This document shows, in pieces, positions 49,957 to 62,028 of a stretch of 64,000 nt of DNA (its first letter is position 1; each line of letters begins with the position of its first letter). Both the position numbers and the translations under genes were made by a program. A model generated the notes under the pieces. It saw only the letters and a program-made list of their open reading frames with translations. It had not been told where the DNA came from and did no database searches. The DNA is taken from positions 372,001 through 436,000 of the forward strand of contig JASTWF010000180.1 of NCBI GenBank assembly GCA_030390025.1. Direction: 5' to 3'. This DNA is from Squalus acanthias (lineage: Eukaryota).

Positions 49957-52900
49957 GAAAAGAGGAAATGCAGCATTTTCCGCCATCATCAAACACCAAT
50001 AAATCCAATGATGACAGCAGTTCATAGAAACAAAAAACTATACAGCACAGAAAGGGGCCATTCGGCCCATAATGCCTGTGCTGGCTCATTCAAAGAGCTG
50101 TTCAATTAGTCACACTCTCCTACACTTTTCCCATAGCCCTGTATTTTTTTCTTTTTCGAGTATTTATCCAATTCCCTTTTGAAAGTTATCATTGAACTTG
50201 GTTCCACCAGTCTTTCAGGCAGTGCATTCCAGACCATAACAACTCGCTGCGTAATATTTTTATCCTCAAGTCGCCTCTGGTTCTTTTGCCAATTGCCTTA
50301 ACTCTGTGTACTTCACATGAAACAATTTAACTCTGTTTCTCTCTCCACAGATGCTGCCTGACCTGCTGAGCCTTTCCAGCATTTTCTGTTTTAATTTCAG
50401 GTTTCCAGCATCCGCAGTATTTTGCTTTTGTTTCCATGTTTTTGTACTCTATGCCTCTACTTATAAAGCCAATGATCCAGATTTATTTTACAACAGCCTT
50501 TTCAACTGGTATTGCCACGTTCAAAGACGGCTGTAGCTATACCCTGTTATAGCACCCCATTTAAAATTGTACCAAATAGTTTATATTGCCTCTCCTCATT
50601 CTTCCTACCAAAATGAATCACCTCAAACTTCTCTGCATTAAATTTCCTCTGCCGTGTGTCTGGCCATTTCATCAATCTGTCTATATCGTCCTGAGCTGTG
50701 TTACTATCCTCCTCACAATTCACTAGATTTCCGAGTTTCGTGTTATCTGAAAACATTGAAAGTATGCCCCTTACACACAAGTCCAGGGCATTACTATAAA
50801 GATCAAAACGAGCAGTGCCCCCAACACCGAGCACTGGAGAACACCACTGCACACTTCCTTCCAGTCAGAATATCAACCGTTCACCACTATTCTGCGTTCT
50901 GCCCCTCAGCTAACTTCGTGTTCCCGCAGCGACTGTCCCTTCGTTCATGGGATGCAGCAAGGCCAGCATTTATTGTCCATCCCTAATTGCCCTTGAGAAG
51001 GCGGTGGTGAGCAGCCTTCTTGAACCGCTACAGTCCGTGTGATGAAGGTACTCACACAGTGCTGTTAGGGAGGGAGTTCCAAGATTTTGACCCAGCGACG
51101 ATTAAAGATCGGCGATATACTTGTAAGTCAGGATGATGTGTGCCTTCGAGGGAAACTTGGAGGTGTTGTTGTTCCCGTGCGCCTGCTGCCCTGGTCCTTC
51201 TAGGTGTTAGAGGTGGCGGTTTTGGGAGGTGCTGCCGAAGTAGCCTTGGCGAGTTGCTGCAGTTCATCTTGTAGATGGCACGCACGACAGCCACGTTGCG
51301 CCGGTGGTGGAGGGAGTGAATGTTTAAGGTGTTGGATGGGGTGCCGATCAAGCGGGCTGCTTTGTCCTGGATGGTGTCGAGTTTCTTGAGTGTTGTTGGA
51401 GCGGAACTGATCCAGTAAAGTGGAGAGTATTCCATCACACTCCTTACTTGTGATTTGTTGATGGTAGAAAGGCTTTGGGGCGTCAGGAGGTGAGACACTC
51501 GCCGCCAAATACCCTGCCTCTGACCTGCTCTTGTGGCCACAGAATTTATGTGGCTGATCCAGTTAAGTTTCTGGTCAATGGTGATCCCCAGGATGTTGAT
51601 GGTGGGGGATTCGGCGATGGTAATGCCGTTGAATGTCAAGGAGAGGTGATTAGACTCTCGCTTGTTGGAGTTAGTCATTGCCAATGTTAACTGCCACTTA
51701 TCAGCCCAAACCTTAACATAAGAACATAAGAACATAAGAAATAGGAGCAGGAGTAGACCATTCGGCCCTTCGAGCCTGCTCCGCCATTCAATGAGATCAT
51801 GGCTGATCTTCAGCCTCAACTTCATTCACCAGCCCTATCGCCAAACCCCTTGATGCCCTTACTAGTCAGAAATCTATCAACTTCTGTTTTGAATATACCC
51901 AATGACTGTGCCTCCACAGCCCAGTGGGCTAGAGAATCCGAAGATTCACCATCCTCTGTGTGATGAAATTTTTCTCATCTCAGTCCTGAATGTCCTATCC
52001 TTTATCCTGTGACTGTGGCCCCTGGTTCTAGACTCCCCAGCCAAGGGAAACATTCTCCCAGCATCCACCCTATCAAGCTGTGTAACAATTTGGTATGCTT
52101 CAATGAGATCCCCTCTCATTCTTCTGAATTCAAGAGAATACAGGCCTAGTTTACTCATCTCTTCTCAAACAACAGTCCCGGCATCCCAGGAATCAATCTC
52201 GTGAACCTTCGTTGCACGCCCTCTATGGCAAGTATATCCTTCCTGAGGTAAGGAGACCAAAATTGTACACAGTACTGCAGGTTTGGTCTCACCAAGAAGC
52301 TATATAATTGGAGTAAGACTTCTTTAATCCTGTACTCAAATTCTCTTGTAATGAATGCCAGCTTACCATTTACCTTCCTAATGGCTTGCTGCACCTGCAC
52401 ATTCACATTCAGTGACTCATGTACAAGGACACCCAGTACCCTTTGAGCACCTGCATTCCCCAATCTTTCACCAATCAGGAAATTTCTACTTTTTCTGCCA
52501 AAGTTGATAACTTCACATTTATTCACATTATGTTCCATCTGCCATGTTCAGGCTCACTCAGTGAGCCTGTCGAAATCCCCTGGAAACCTCTTCACCTCCT
52601 CTTAAAAACGGACACTGCCACCTAGCTTTGTACTATCAGCAAATTTGGAAATGTTACATTTAGTCCCCTTATCCAATTCATTGATATACATTGTGTATCG
52701 CTGGGGCCCAAGCACCGATGCTTGCGGTACACCACCATTCACAGCCTGCCATCCTGAAAAAGACCATTTATCCCTACTCTTTGTTTTCTGTCTGTTAACT
52801 AATACTCAATCCCTGCGAGTATATTACCCCCAATTCCATGTGCCCTAATTTTGTTCACCAACCTCTTGTGTGGGACCTTATCGAAGGCCTTCTGAAATTC

Positions 52901-53415
52901 CAAATACTCCACTTCTTCCGGTTCCCCTTTGTCAAAACCACGAGTCACATCCTCAAAGAACTACTATAGATTTGTTAAACAGGATTTCCCTTTCTAAATC
53001 CATGTTGACTCTGCCCAATCTTACTATTACTATTAATTTCTACGTGCCCAGTTATTGAATGCTTTATAATAAATTCCAGCGTCTATCTGAACGTCGTCCA
53101 GGTCTTGTTGGATGCGGGCATGGAATGCTTCATTATCTGAGGAGTTGTGACTGCCACTGAACACTGTGCAGTCATCAGACCGACGTCAATAATGAGCCAT
53201 TGCAAAGGCACCGTTTGTGTTTCGTTGGATGCTGTCACGTGATTGCAGTCGACGTCGATTGCAGGCAACCAATAGCTGGCGACTTCAAACCCGCCCCTTC
53301 CTGACTTTTGCACAAAGCCGCACAAGTGTGGTTCGGGATCCAACAATCCAGGACCTGCGTTGCCCAGTGAGTGACTGATGGAACGGCTGCCTAATTGAGC
53401 CAAATGCCCAGAAGC

Positions 53416-53885
53416 ATGAGGTCGGCGATTTCTCTCGGCCTACTGCTTGGTTTCCTATCCAGTGCGTAGCTATAACTGTTCCATATTGTTCCAATCTTTC
53501 TGTTTCACTGTTAGTCCCTCTTGGGTGCCGTTACAGAGCTAGGAGTCACCACCATAATTAATGCTTCTTTACTTTTACAGGTGTCCAGTCGGATGTGGTG
53601 TTGACTCAGCCAGAGGCAGAGACCAGGCGTCTCGGACAGTCCCTGAGACTGACCTGTAAAACCAGCGGGTTCAATCTTGGCAGCAACTATATGTACTGGC
53701 ACCGACAAAGCCCCGGGAAGGGAATGGATTGGCTCGTTTGGTACTATAGTAAAGACAACAAGCAGTACCATCAAGAAGTTAGAGAACGAGTTACTGCTTC
53801 CAAAGACCTTTCAAACAATATCTTCGCTTTGGGTATCCAGGGATTGACACTGGGAGACAGCGCCACTTATTATTGCGCACATAGT
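53416..53885 (+). CDS. V13: IgM-VH-like V segment, V4 paralog (leader 53416-53461, V exon 53581-53885)
   Basis: Open frame; CDR1 [10 protein letters not shown]; FR2 WHRQ. Confidence 0.88.
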
Positions 53886-53924
53886 CACAGTGATACAGGT
53901 CAGACCCAGACTTGTACAAAAACA
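53886..53924 (+). other. 23-RSS of V13
   Basis: CACAGTG-23-ACAAAAACA. Confidence 0.95.
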
Positions 53925-56900
53925 GAAAAGAGGAAATGCAGCAGTTTCCGCCTTCATCAAACACCAATAAATCCACTGTTGACAGCAGCTCAGATAAACA
54001 AAAAACTATACAGCACAGAAAGGGGCCATTCGGCCCATTATGCCCGTGCTGGCTCATTCAAATAGCTATTCAATTAGTCCCACTCTCCTACACTTTTCCC
54101 ATAGCCCTGTAATTTTTTCTTTTTCGAGTATTTAACCAATTCCGTTTTGAATGTTATCATTGAATTTGGTTCCGCCAGTCTTTCAGGCAGTGCATTCCAG
54201 ACCATAACAACTCGCTGCGTAATATTTTTATCCTCAAGTCGCCTCTGGTTCTGTTGCCAAATACCGTAACTCTGTGTCCTTCACCTGAAACAATTTAACT
54301 CTGTTTCTCTCTCCACAGATGCTGCCTGACCTGCTGAGCCTTTCCAGCATTTTCTGTTTTAATTTCAGGTTTCCAGCATCCACAGTATTTTGCTTCTGTT
54401 TCCATATTTTTGTACTCTATGCCTCTACTTATAAAGCCAATGATCCAGATTTACTTTACAACAGCTTTTTCGAATTGTCCTGCCACGTTCAAAGACGGGT
54501 GTAGGTATACCCTGTTCCAGCACCCCGTTTAAAATTGTACCAAATAGTTTATTTTGCCTCTCCTCATTCCTCCTACATGAATGAATCACCTCAAACTACT
54601 CTGCATTAAATTTCCTCTGCCGTGTGTTTGGTCATTTCATCACTCTGTCGATATCGTCCTGAGCTGTGTTACTATCCTCATCACTGTTCACTCGACTTCC
54701 GAGTTTCGTGTTAACTGAAAACATTGAAAGTATGCCCTTTACACACAAGTCCAGGGCATTACTATAAAGATCAAAAAGAGCTGTGGCCCCAACACCGAGC
54801 TCTGGAGGACACCACTGCACACTTCCTTCCAGTCAGAAAATCAACGTTTCAACACTATTCTGCGTTCTGCCCCTCAGCTAACTTCGTGATCCCGCAGGTA
54901 CTGCCCCTTTAATCCCATGTGCTTTAATTTTGCTAACAAGTCTATCTTGGGGTATTTTATCAAACGCCAATGGAAAATCAATGCACACAACATGAAACGC
55001 ACTACCTTCATCCACCCTCTGTTACTTTATCAAAAATACTGGAACAAGTTAATCAAACACAAATGTTGTTTTATTCTTCGTTCATGGGATGAGGCAAGGC
55101 CAGCATTTATTGGCCATCCCTAATTGCCCCTGAGAAGGCGGTGGTGAGCCGCCTCCTTGAACCGCTGCAGTCGGTGTGCTTTTAGAGAGGGAGTTCCAGG
55201 ATTTTGACCCAGCGACGATGAAGGATTGGCGATATATTTGTAAGTCAGAAAGGTGTGTGACTTCGAGGGGAACTTGGAGGTGGCGGTGTTCCCGTGCGCC
55301 TGCTGCCCTTGTCCTTCTTGGTGGTAGATGTCCCGGGGTTGAGGGGTGGTGCCGAAGAAGTCTTGGTGAGTTGATGCAGTGCATCTTGTAGATGGTAAGC
55401 ACTGCTGCCACGGTACGTCGGTGTGTGGACGGAGTGAATGTTTAAGTTGGTGGATGGGGTGCCAATCAAGTGGGCTGCTTTGTCCTGGCCGTTGTCGAGT
55501 TTCTTGTGTGTTGTTGGAGCTGCAGTGATCCAGGCAAGAGTAGAGTATTCCATCACACTCCTTACTTCTGCCGTGTAGATGGTGGAAAGGCTTTGGAGAG
55601 TCAGGAGGTGAGACACTCGCGGCAGAATACCCAGCCTCTGACCTGCTCTTGTTGCCACTGTATTTATGTGACTGGTCCAGTTAAGTTTCTGGTCAATGGT
55701 GACCCCCAGATTTTGATGGTGGTGGATTCAGTGATGGTGATGCATTTGAATGTCAAGGGGTAATGATTGGACTCTCGATTGTTGGAGATAGTCATTGCCT
55801 GGCAATTGTGTGGCGCCAATGTTAACTGCCACTTATCAGCCCAAACCTGAACATAAAAACACAAGAACATAAGAAATAGTAGCAGGAGTAGGCCATTCGG
55901 CCCTTCTAGCCTGCTACGCCGTTCAATGAGATAATGGCTGATTTTCTGCCTTAACTCCATTCACCAGCACTATCAGCATATCCGTTGATGCCCTTACTAG
56001 TCAGAAAACTATCGACTTCTGTTTTGAATATACCCAACGACTGAGCCTCCACAGCCCTCTGGTATAGAAAATTCCAAAGATTCACCAACATCTGTGTGAA
56101 AAAAAATCCTCTCCTCTCAGTCCAGAAGGGCCTACCCTTTATCCTGAGGCTGTGGCCCCTGGTCCTCGACTCCGCAGCCAAGGGAATCATTCTCCCAGCA
56201 TCCACCCTATCAAGCCCTGTAACAATTTAGTATGCTTCAATGTGATGCCCTCTCATTCTTCTGAATTCAAGAGAATACAGGCCGAGTTTACTCAATCTCT
56301 TCTCATACGACAGTCCATCCATCCCAGGAATCAATCTCGTGGAACTTCGTTGCACGCCCTCTATGGCAAGTATATCCTTCCTTAGGTAAGGAGACCAAAA
56401 TTGTACACAGTTCACGAGGTGTGGTCTCGCCAAGGCCCGATATAATTGGAGTAAGACTTCTTTACTCCTGTACTCAAATCCTCTTGTACTGAAGGCCAGC
56501 CTTCCATTTGCCTTCCTAATGGCTTACTGGACCTGCACATTCACTTTCATTGACTCATGTACAAGGACACCGAGGTCCCTTTGAGCATCTGCATTCCCCA
56601 ATCTTTCACCATTCAGGAAATTTCTGTTTTTTCTACTAAAGTCGATAACTTCACATTTATCGACATTATGTTCCATCTGCCTTGTTCGCGCTCACTGAGT
56701 GAGCCGGTCGAGATCCCCTTGAAACTTCTTCACATCCTCTTCGCAACTGACACTGTCACCTAGCTTTGTATCATCAGCAAATTTGCAGATGTTACACTTA
56801 GGCCCCTCTTCCTAATCATTGATATAGATTGTGAATAGCTGGGGCGCAAGCACCGATCCTTGTGATACCCCATTAGTCACAGCCTGCAATCTTGAAAAAG

Positions 56901-57548
56901 TCTCACTTATCACTACTCTTTGTTTTCTGTCTGTTAACTAATTCTCAATCCATGCTAGTATATTGCCCGCAATTCCATGTCCCCTAATTTTGTTCACCAA
57001 CCTCTTGTGTGGGACCTTATCGAAGGCCTTCTGAAAATCCAAATACACACATCTACCGGTTCCCCTTTGTCTACTCCACTAGTTACATCCTCAAAGAACT
57101 CCAATAGGTTTGTTAAACAGAATTTCACTTTCATAAACCCATGTTGCCTCTGCCCAATCTTAATATTAATTTCTAAGTGCCCAGGTATTGCATTCGTTAC
57201 AATAGATTCCAGTGTCTATGTGAACGTCCTCCAGGTCTTGTTGGATGCGGGCATGGACTGCTTCATTATCTGAGGAGTTGTGAATGCCACTGAACACTGT
57301 GCAGTCATCAGACCTACGTCAAGAATGAGCCATTGTAAAGGCACAGTTTGTGTTTCGGTGGATGCTGTCACGTGTTAGCAGTCGACGTCGGTTGCATGCA
57401 ACCAATAGCTGGCGACTTCACGCACGCCCCTTTCTGCCTTTTGCATAAAGCCCCTTAAGTGAGGAACGGGATCCAACAATCCGGGACCTGAGTTGCCCAG
57501 TGAGTGACTGAAGGAACGGCTGCCTAATTCAGTCAAATGCCCAGAAGG

Positions 57549-58020
57549 ATGAGGTCGGCGATTTCTCTCGGCCTGCTGCTTGGTTTCGTGTCCAGTGCGT
57601 AGCTATAACTGTTCCGAATTGTTCTAATCTTTCTGTTTCTCTGTTAGTCCCTGTTGGGGGGTGTTACAAATCCAGGAGTCGCTTCACCATAATTAATGCT
57701 TCTTTACTTTTACAGGTGTCCAGTCGGATGTGGTGTTGACTCAGCCAGAGGCAGAGACCAGGCGTCTCGGACAGTCCCTGAGACTGACCTGTAAAACCAG
57801 CGGGTTCGATCTTAGCAGCAATTGGATGTACTGGTACCGACAAAGCCCCGGGAAGGGAATGGATTTGCTAGTTTTGTACCACAGTAAAGACAACAAGCAG
57901 TACGATCAAGAATTTAGAGAACGAGTTACTGCTTCCAAAGACCTTTCAAACAATATCTTCGCTTTGGATATCAAGGGATTGACACTGGGAGACAGCGCCA
58001 CTTATTATTGCGCACAGAGT
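57549..58020 (+). CDS. V14: IgM-VH-like V segment, V8/V10 paralog (leader 57549-57594, V exon 57716-58020)
   Basis: Open frame; CDR1 [10 protein letters not shown]; GMDLLVL; ends YYCAQS. Confidence 0.9.
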
Positions 58021-58059
58021 CACAGTGATACAGGTCAGACCCAGACTTGCACAAAAACA
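58021..58059 (+). other. 23-RSS of V14
   Basis: CACAGTG-23-ACAAAAACA. Confidence 0.95.
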
Positions 58060-61000
58060 GAAAAGAGGAAATGCAGCAGTTTCCGCCATCATCAAACACC
58101 AATAAATCCAATGTTGACAGCAGTTCATAGAAACAAAAAACTATACAGCACAGAAAGGGGCCATTCGGCCCATAATGCCTGTGCTGGCTCATTCAAAGAG
58201 CTATTCAATTAGTCACACTCTCCTACACTTTTCCCATAGCCCTGTATTTTTTTCTTTTTCGAGTATTTATTGAATTCCCTTTTCAAAGTTATAATTGAAC
58301 TTGGTTCCACCAGTCTTTCAAGCATTGCATTCCAGACCATAACAACTCGCTGCGGAATATTTTTATCCTCAAGTCGACTCTGGTTCTTTTGCCAATTGCC
58401 TTAACTCTGTGTCCTTCACATGAAACAATTTAACTCTGTTTCTCTCTCCACAGATGCTGCCTGACCTGCTGAGCCTTTCCAGCATTTTCTGTTTTAATTT
58501 CAGGTTTCCAGCATCCGCAGTATTTTGCTTTTGTTTCCATGTTTTTGTACTCTATGCCTCTACTTATAAAGGCAATGATCCAGATTTACTTTACAACAGC
58601 CTTTTCAACTGGTATTGCCACGTTCAAAGACGGGTGTAGCTATACCCTGTTGTAACACCCCATTTAAAATTGTACCAAATAGTTTATATTGCCTCTCCTC
58701 ATTCTTCCTACCAAAATGAATCACCTCAAACTTCTCTGCATTAAATTTCCTCTGCCGTGTGTCTGGCCATTTCATCAATCTGTCTATATCGTCCTGAGCT
58801 GTGTTACTATCCTCCTCACTGTTCACTAGATTTCAGAGTTTCGTGATATCTGAAAACATTGAAAGTATGCCCCTTACACACAAGTCCAGGGCATTACTAT
58901 AAAGATCAAAACGAGCAGTGCCCCCAACACCGAACACTGGAGCACACCACTGCACACTTCCTTCCAGTCAGAATATCAACCGTTCACCACTATTCTGCGT
59001 TCTGCACCTCAGCTAACTTCGTGTTCCCGCAGCGACTGTCCCTTCGTTCATGGGATGCAGCAAGGCCAGCATTTATTGTCCATCCCTAATTGCCCTTCAG
59101 AAGGCGGTGGTGAGCCGCCTTCTTGAAACGCTACAGTCCGTGTGATGAAGGTACTCACACAGTGCTGTCAGGGAGGGAGTTCCAAGATTTTGACCCAGCG
59201 ACGATTAAAGATCGGCGATATACTTGTATGTCAGGATGATGTGTGCCTTCGAGGGAAACTTGGAGGTGTTGTTGTTCCCGTGCGCCTGCTGCCCTGGTCC
59301 TTCTAGGTGTTAGAGGTGACGGTTTTGGGAGGTGCTGCCGAAGAATCCTTGGTGAGTTGCTACAGTGCATCTTGTAGATGGTACGCACGACAGCCACGTT
59401 GCGCCGGTGGTGGAGGGAGTGAAGGTTTAAGGTATTGGATGGGGTGCCGATCAAGCGGGCTGCTTTGTCCTGGATGGTGTCGAGTTTCTTGAGTGTTGTT
59501 GGAGCTGAACTAATCCAGTAAAGTGGAGAGTATTCCATCACACTCCTTACTTGTGATTTGTAGATGGTGGAAAGGCTTTGAGGCTTCAGGAGGTGAGACA
59601 CTCGCCGCCAAATACCCTGCCTCTGACGTGCTCTTGTGGCCACAGAATTTATGTGGCTGATCCAGTTAAGTTTCTGGTCAATGGTGATCCCCAGGATGTT
59701 GATGGTGGGGAATTCGGCGATGGTAATGCCGTTGAATGTCAAGGAGAGTTGATTAGACTCCCGCTTGTTGGAGTTAGTCATTGCCAATGTTAACTGCCAC
59801 TTATCAGCCCAAACCTTAACATAAGAACATAAGAACATAAGAACATAAAAATAGGAGCAGGAGTAGACCATTCGGCCCTTCAAGCCTGCTCCGCCATTCA
59901 ATGAGATCATGGCTGATCTTCAGCCTCAACTTCATTCACCAACCCTATCGCCAAACCCCTTGATGCCCTTACTAGTCAGAAATCTATCAACTTCTGTTTT
60001 GAATATACCCAATGACTGTGCCTCCACAGCCCAGTGGGCTAGAGAATCCAAAGATTAACCATCCTCTTTGTGATGAAATTTTTCTCATCTCAGTCCTGAA
60101 TGGCCTATCCTTTATCCTGTGGCTGGAGCCCCTGGTTCTAGACTCCCCAGCCAAGAGAAACATTCTCCCAGCATCCACCCTATCAAGCTCTGTAACAATT
60201 TGGTAGGCTTCAATGAGATCCCCTCTCATTCTTCTGAATTCAAGAGAATGCAGGCCTAGTTAACTCAATCTCTTCTCATACAACAGTCCCGGCATCCCAG
60301 GAATCAATCTCGTGAACCTTCGTTGTACGCCGTCTATGGCAAGTATATCCTTCCTTAGGTAAGGTGACCAAAATTGTACACAGTACTCCAGGTTTGGTCT
60401 CACCAAGAACCTATATAATTGGAGTAAGACTTCTTTACTCCTGTTCTCAAATCCTCTTGTAATGAATGCCAGCATACCATTTGCCTTCCTAATGGCTTGC
60501 TGCACCTGCACATTCACTTTCAGTGACTCATGTACAAGGACACACAGTACCCTTTGAGCACCTGCATTCCCCAATCTTTCACCTATCATGAAATTTCTAT
60601 TTTTTCTACCAAAGTTGATAACTTCACATTTATTCACATTATGTTCCATCTGCCATGTTCACGCTCACTCAGTGAGCCTGTCGAGATCCCCTGGAAACCT
60701 CTTCACATCCTCTTCAAAACTGACACTGCCACCTAGCTTTGTACTATCAGCAAATTTGGAAATATTACATTTAGTCCCCTCATCCAATTCATTGATATAC
60801 ATTGTGTATAGCTGGGACCCAAGCACCGATGCTTGCGGTACAGCACCAGTCACAGCCTGCCATCCTGAAAAAGTCCGTTTATCCCTACTCTTTGTTTTCT
60901 GTCTGTTAACTAATTCATAATCCATGCGAGTATATTACCCCCAATTCCATGTGCCCTAATTTTGTTCACCAACCTCTTGTGTGGGACCTTATCGAAGGCC

Positions 61001-61519
61001 TTCTGAAATTCCAAATACACCACTTCTTCCGGTTCCCCTTTGTCAACTCCACTAGTCACATACTCACAGAACTACTATAGATTTGTTAAACAGGAGTTCC
61101 CTTTCTAAATCCATGTTGACTCTGTCCAATCTTACTATTAATTTCTACGTGCCCAGTTATTGAATCCTTTATAATAAATTCCAGCGTCTATCTGAACGTC
61201 GTCCAGATCTTGTTGGATGCGGCCATGGACTGCTTCATTATCTGAGGAGTTGTGAATGCTACTGAACACTGTGCAGTCATCAGACCTACGTCAATAATGA
61301 GCCATTGTAAAGGCACAGTTTGTGTTTCGGTGGATGCTGTCACGTGATTGCAGTCGACCTCGGTTGCATGCAACCAACAGCTGGCGACTTCAAACCCGCC
61401 CCGTTCTGACTTTTGCATAAAGCCCCATAAGTGAGGTTCGGTTCCAACAATCCAGGACCTGCGTTTCCCACTGAGTGACTGAAGGAACGGCTGCCTAATT
61501 TAGCCAAATGCCCAGAAGC

Positions 61520-61989
61520 ATGAGGTCGGCGATTTCTCTCGGCCTACTGCTTGGTTTCCTATCCAGTGCGTAGCTATAACGGTTTCATATTGTTCCAATC
61601 TTTCTGTTTCACTGTTAGTCCCTCTTGGGGGGCGTTACAGAGCTAGGAGTCATCACCATACTTAAAGCTTCTTTACTTTTATAGGTGTCCTGTCGGATGT
61701 GGTGTTGACTCAGCCAGAGGCTGAGATTAGGCGTACTGGACTTTCCCTGAGACTGACCTGTAAAACCAGCGGGTTCGATCTTGGCACCGGCTGGATGTAC
61801 TGGTACCGACAAAACCCCGGGAAGGGAATGGATTGGATAGTTTGGTACAAGAATAAAGACCTCAACGAGTACCATGAAGAAGTTATAGAACGAGTTACTG
61901 CTTCCAAAGACCTTTCAAACAATGTCTTCGCTTTGGGTATCAAGGGATTGACAATGGGAGACAGCGCCACTTATTATTGCGTACAGAGT
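61520..61989 (+). pseudogene. V15: most divergent IgM-VH-like V; open frame but RSS heptamer inactivated (leader 61520-61565, V exon 61685-61989)
   Basis: EIRRTGLSLRLTC...WIVWYKNKDLNEYHEEVIERV; heptamer reads AACAGTG, losing the CAC required for RAG cleavage. Confidence 0.8.
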
Positions 61990-62028
61990 AACAGTGATAC
62001 AGGTCAGACCCAGACTTGTACAAAAACA
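61990..62028 (+). other. Defective 23-RSS of V15
   Basis: AACAGTG-23-ACAAAAACA. Confidence 0.85.
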
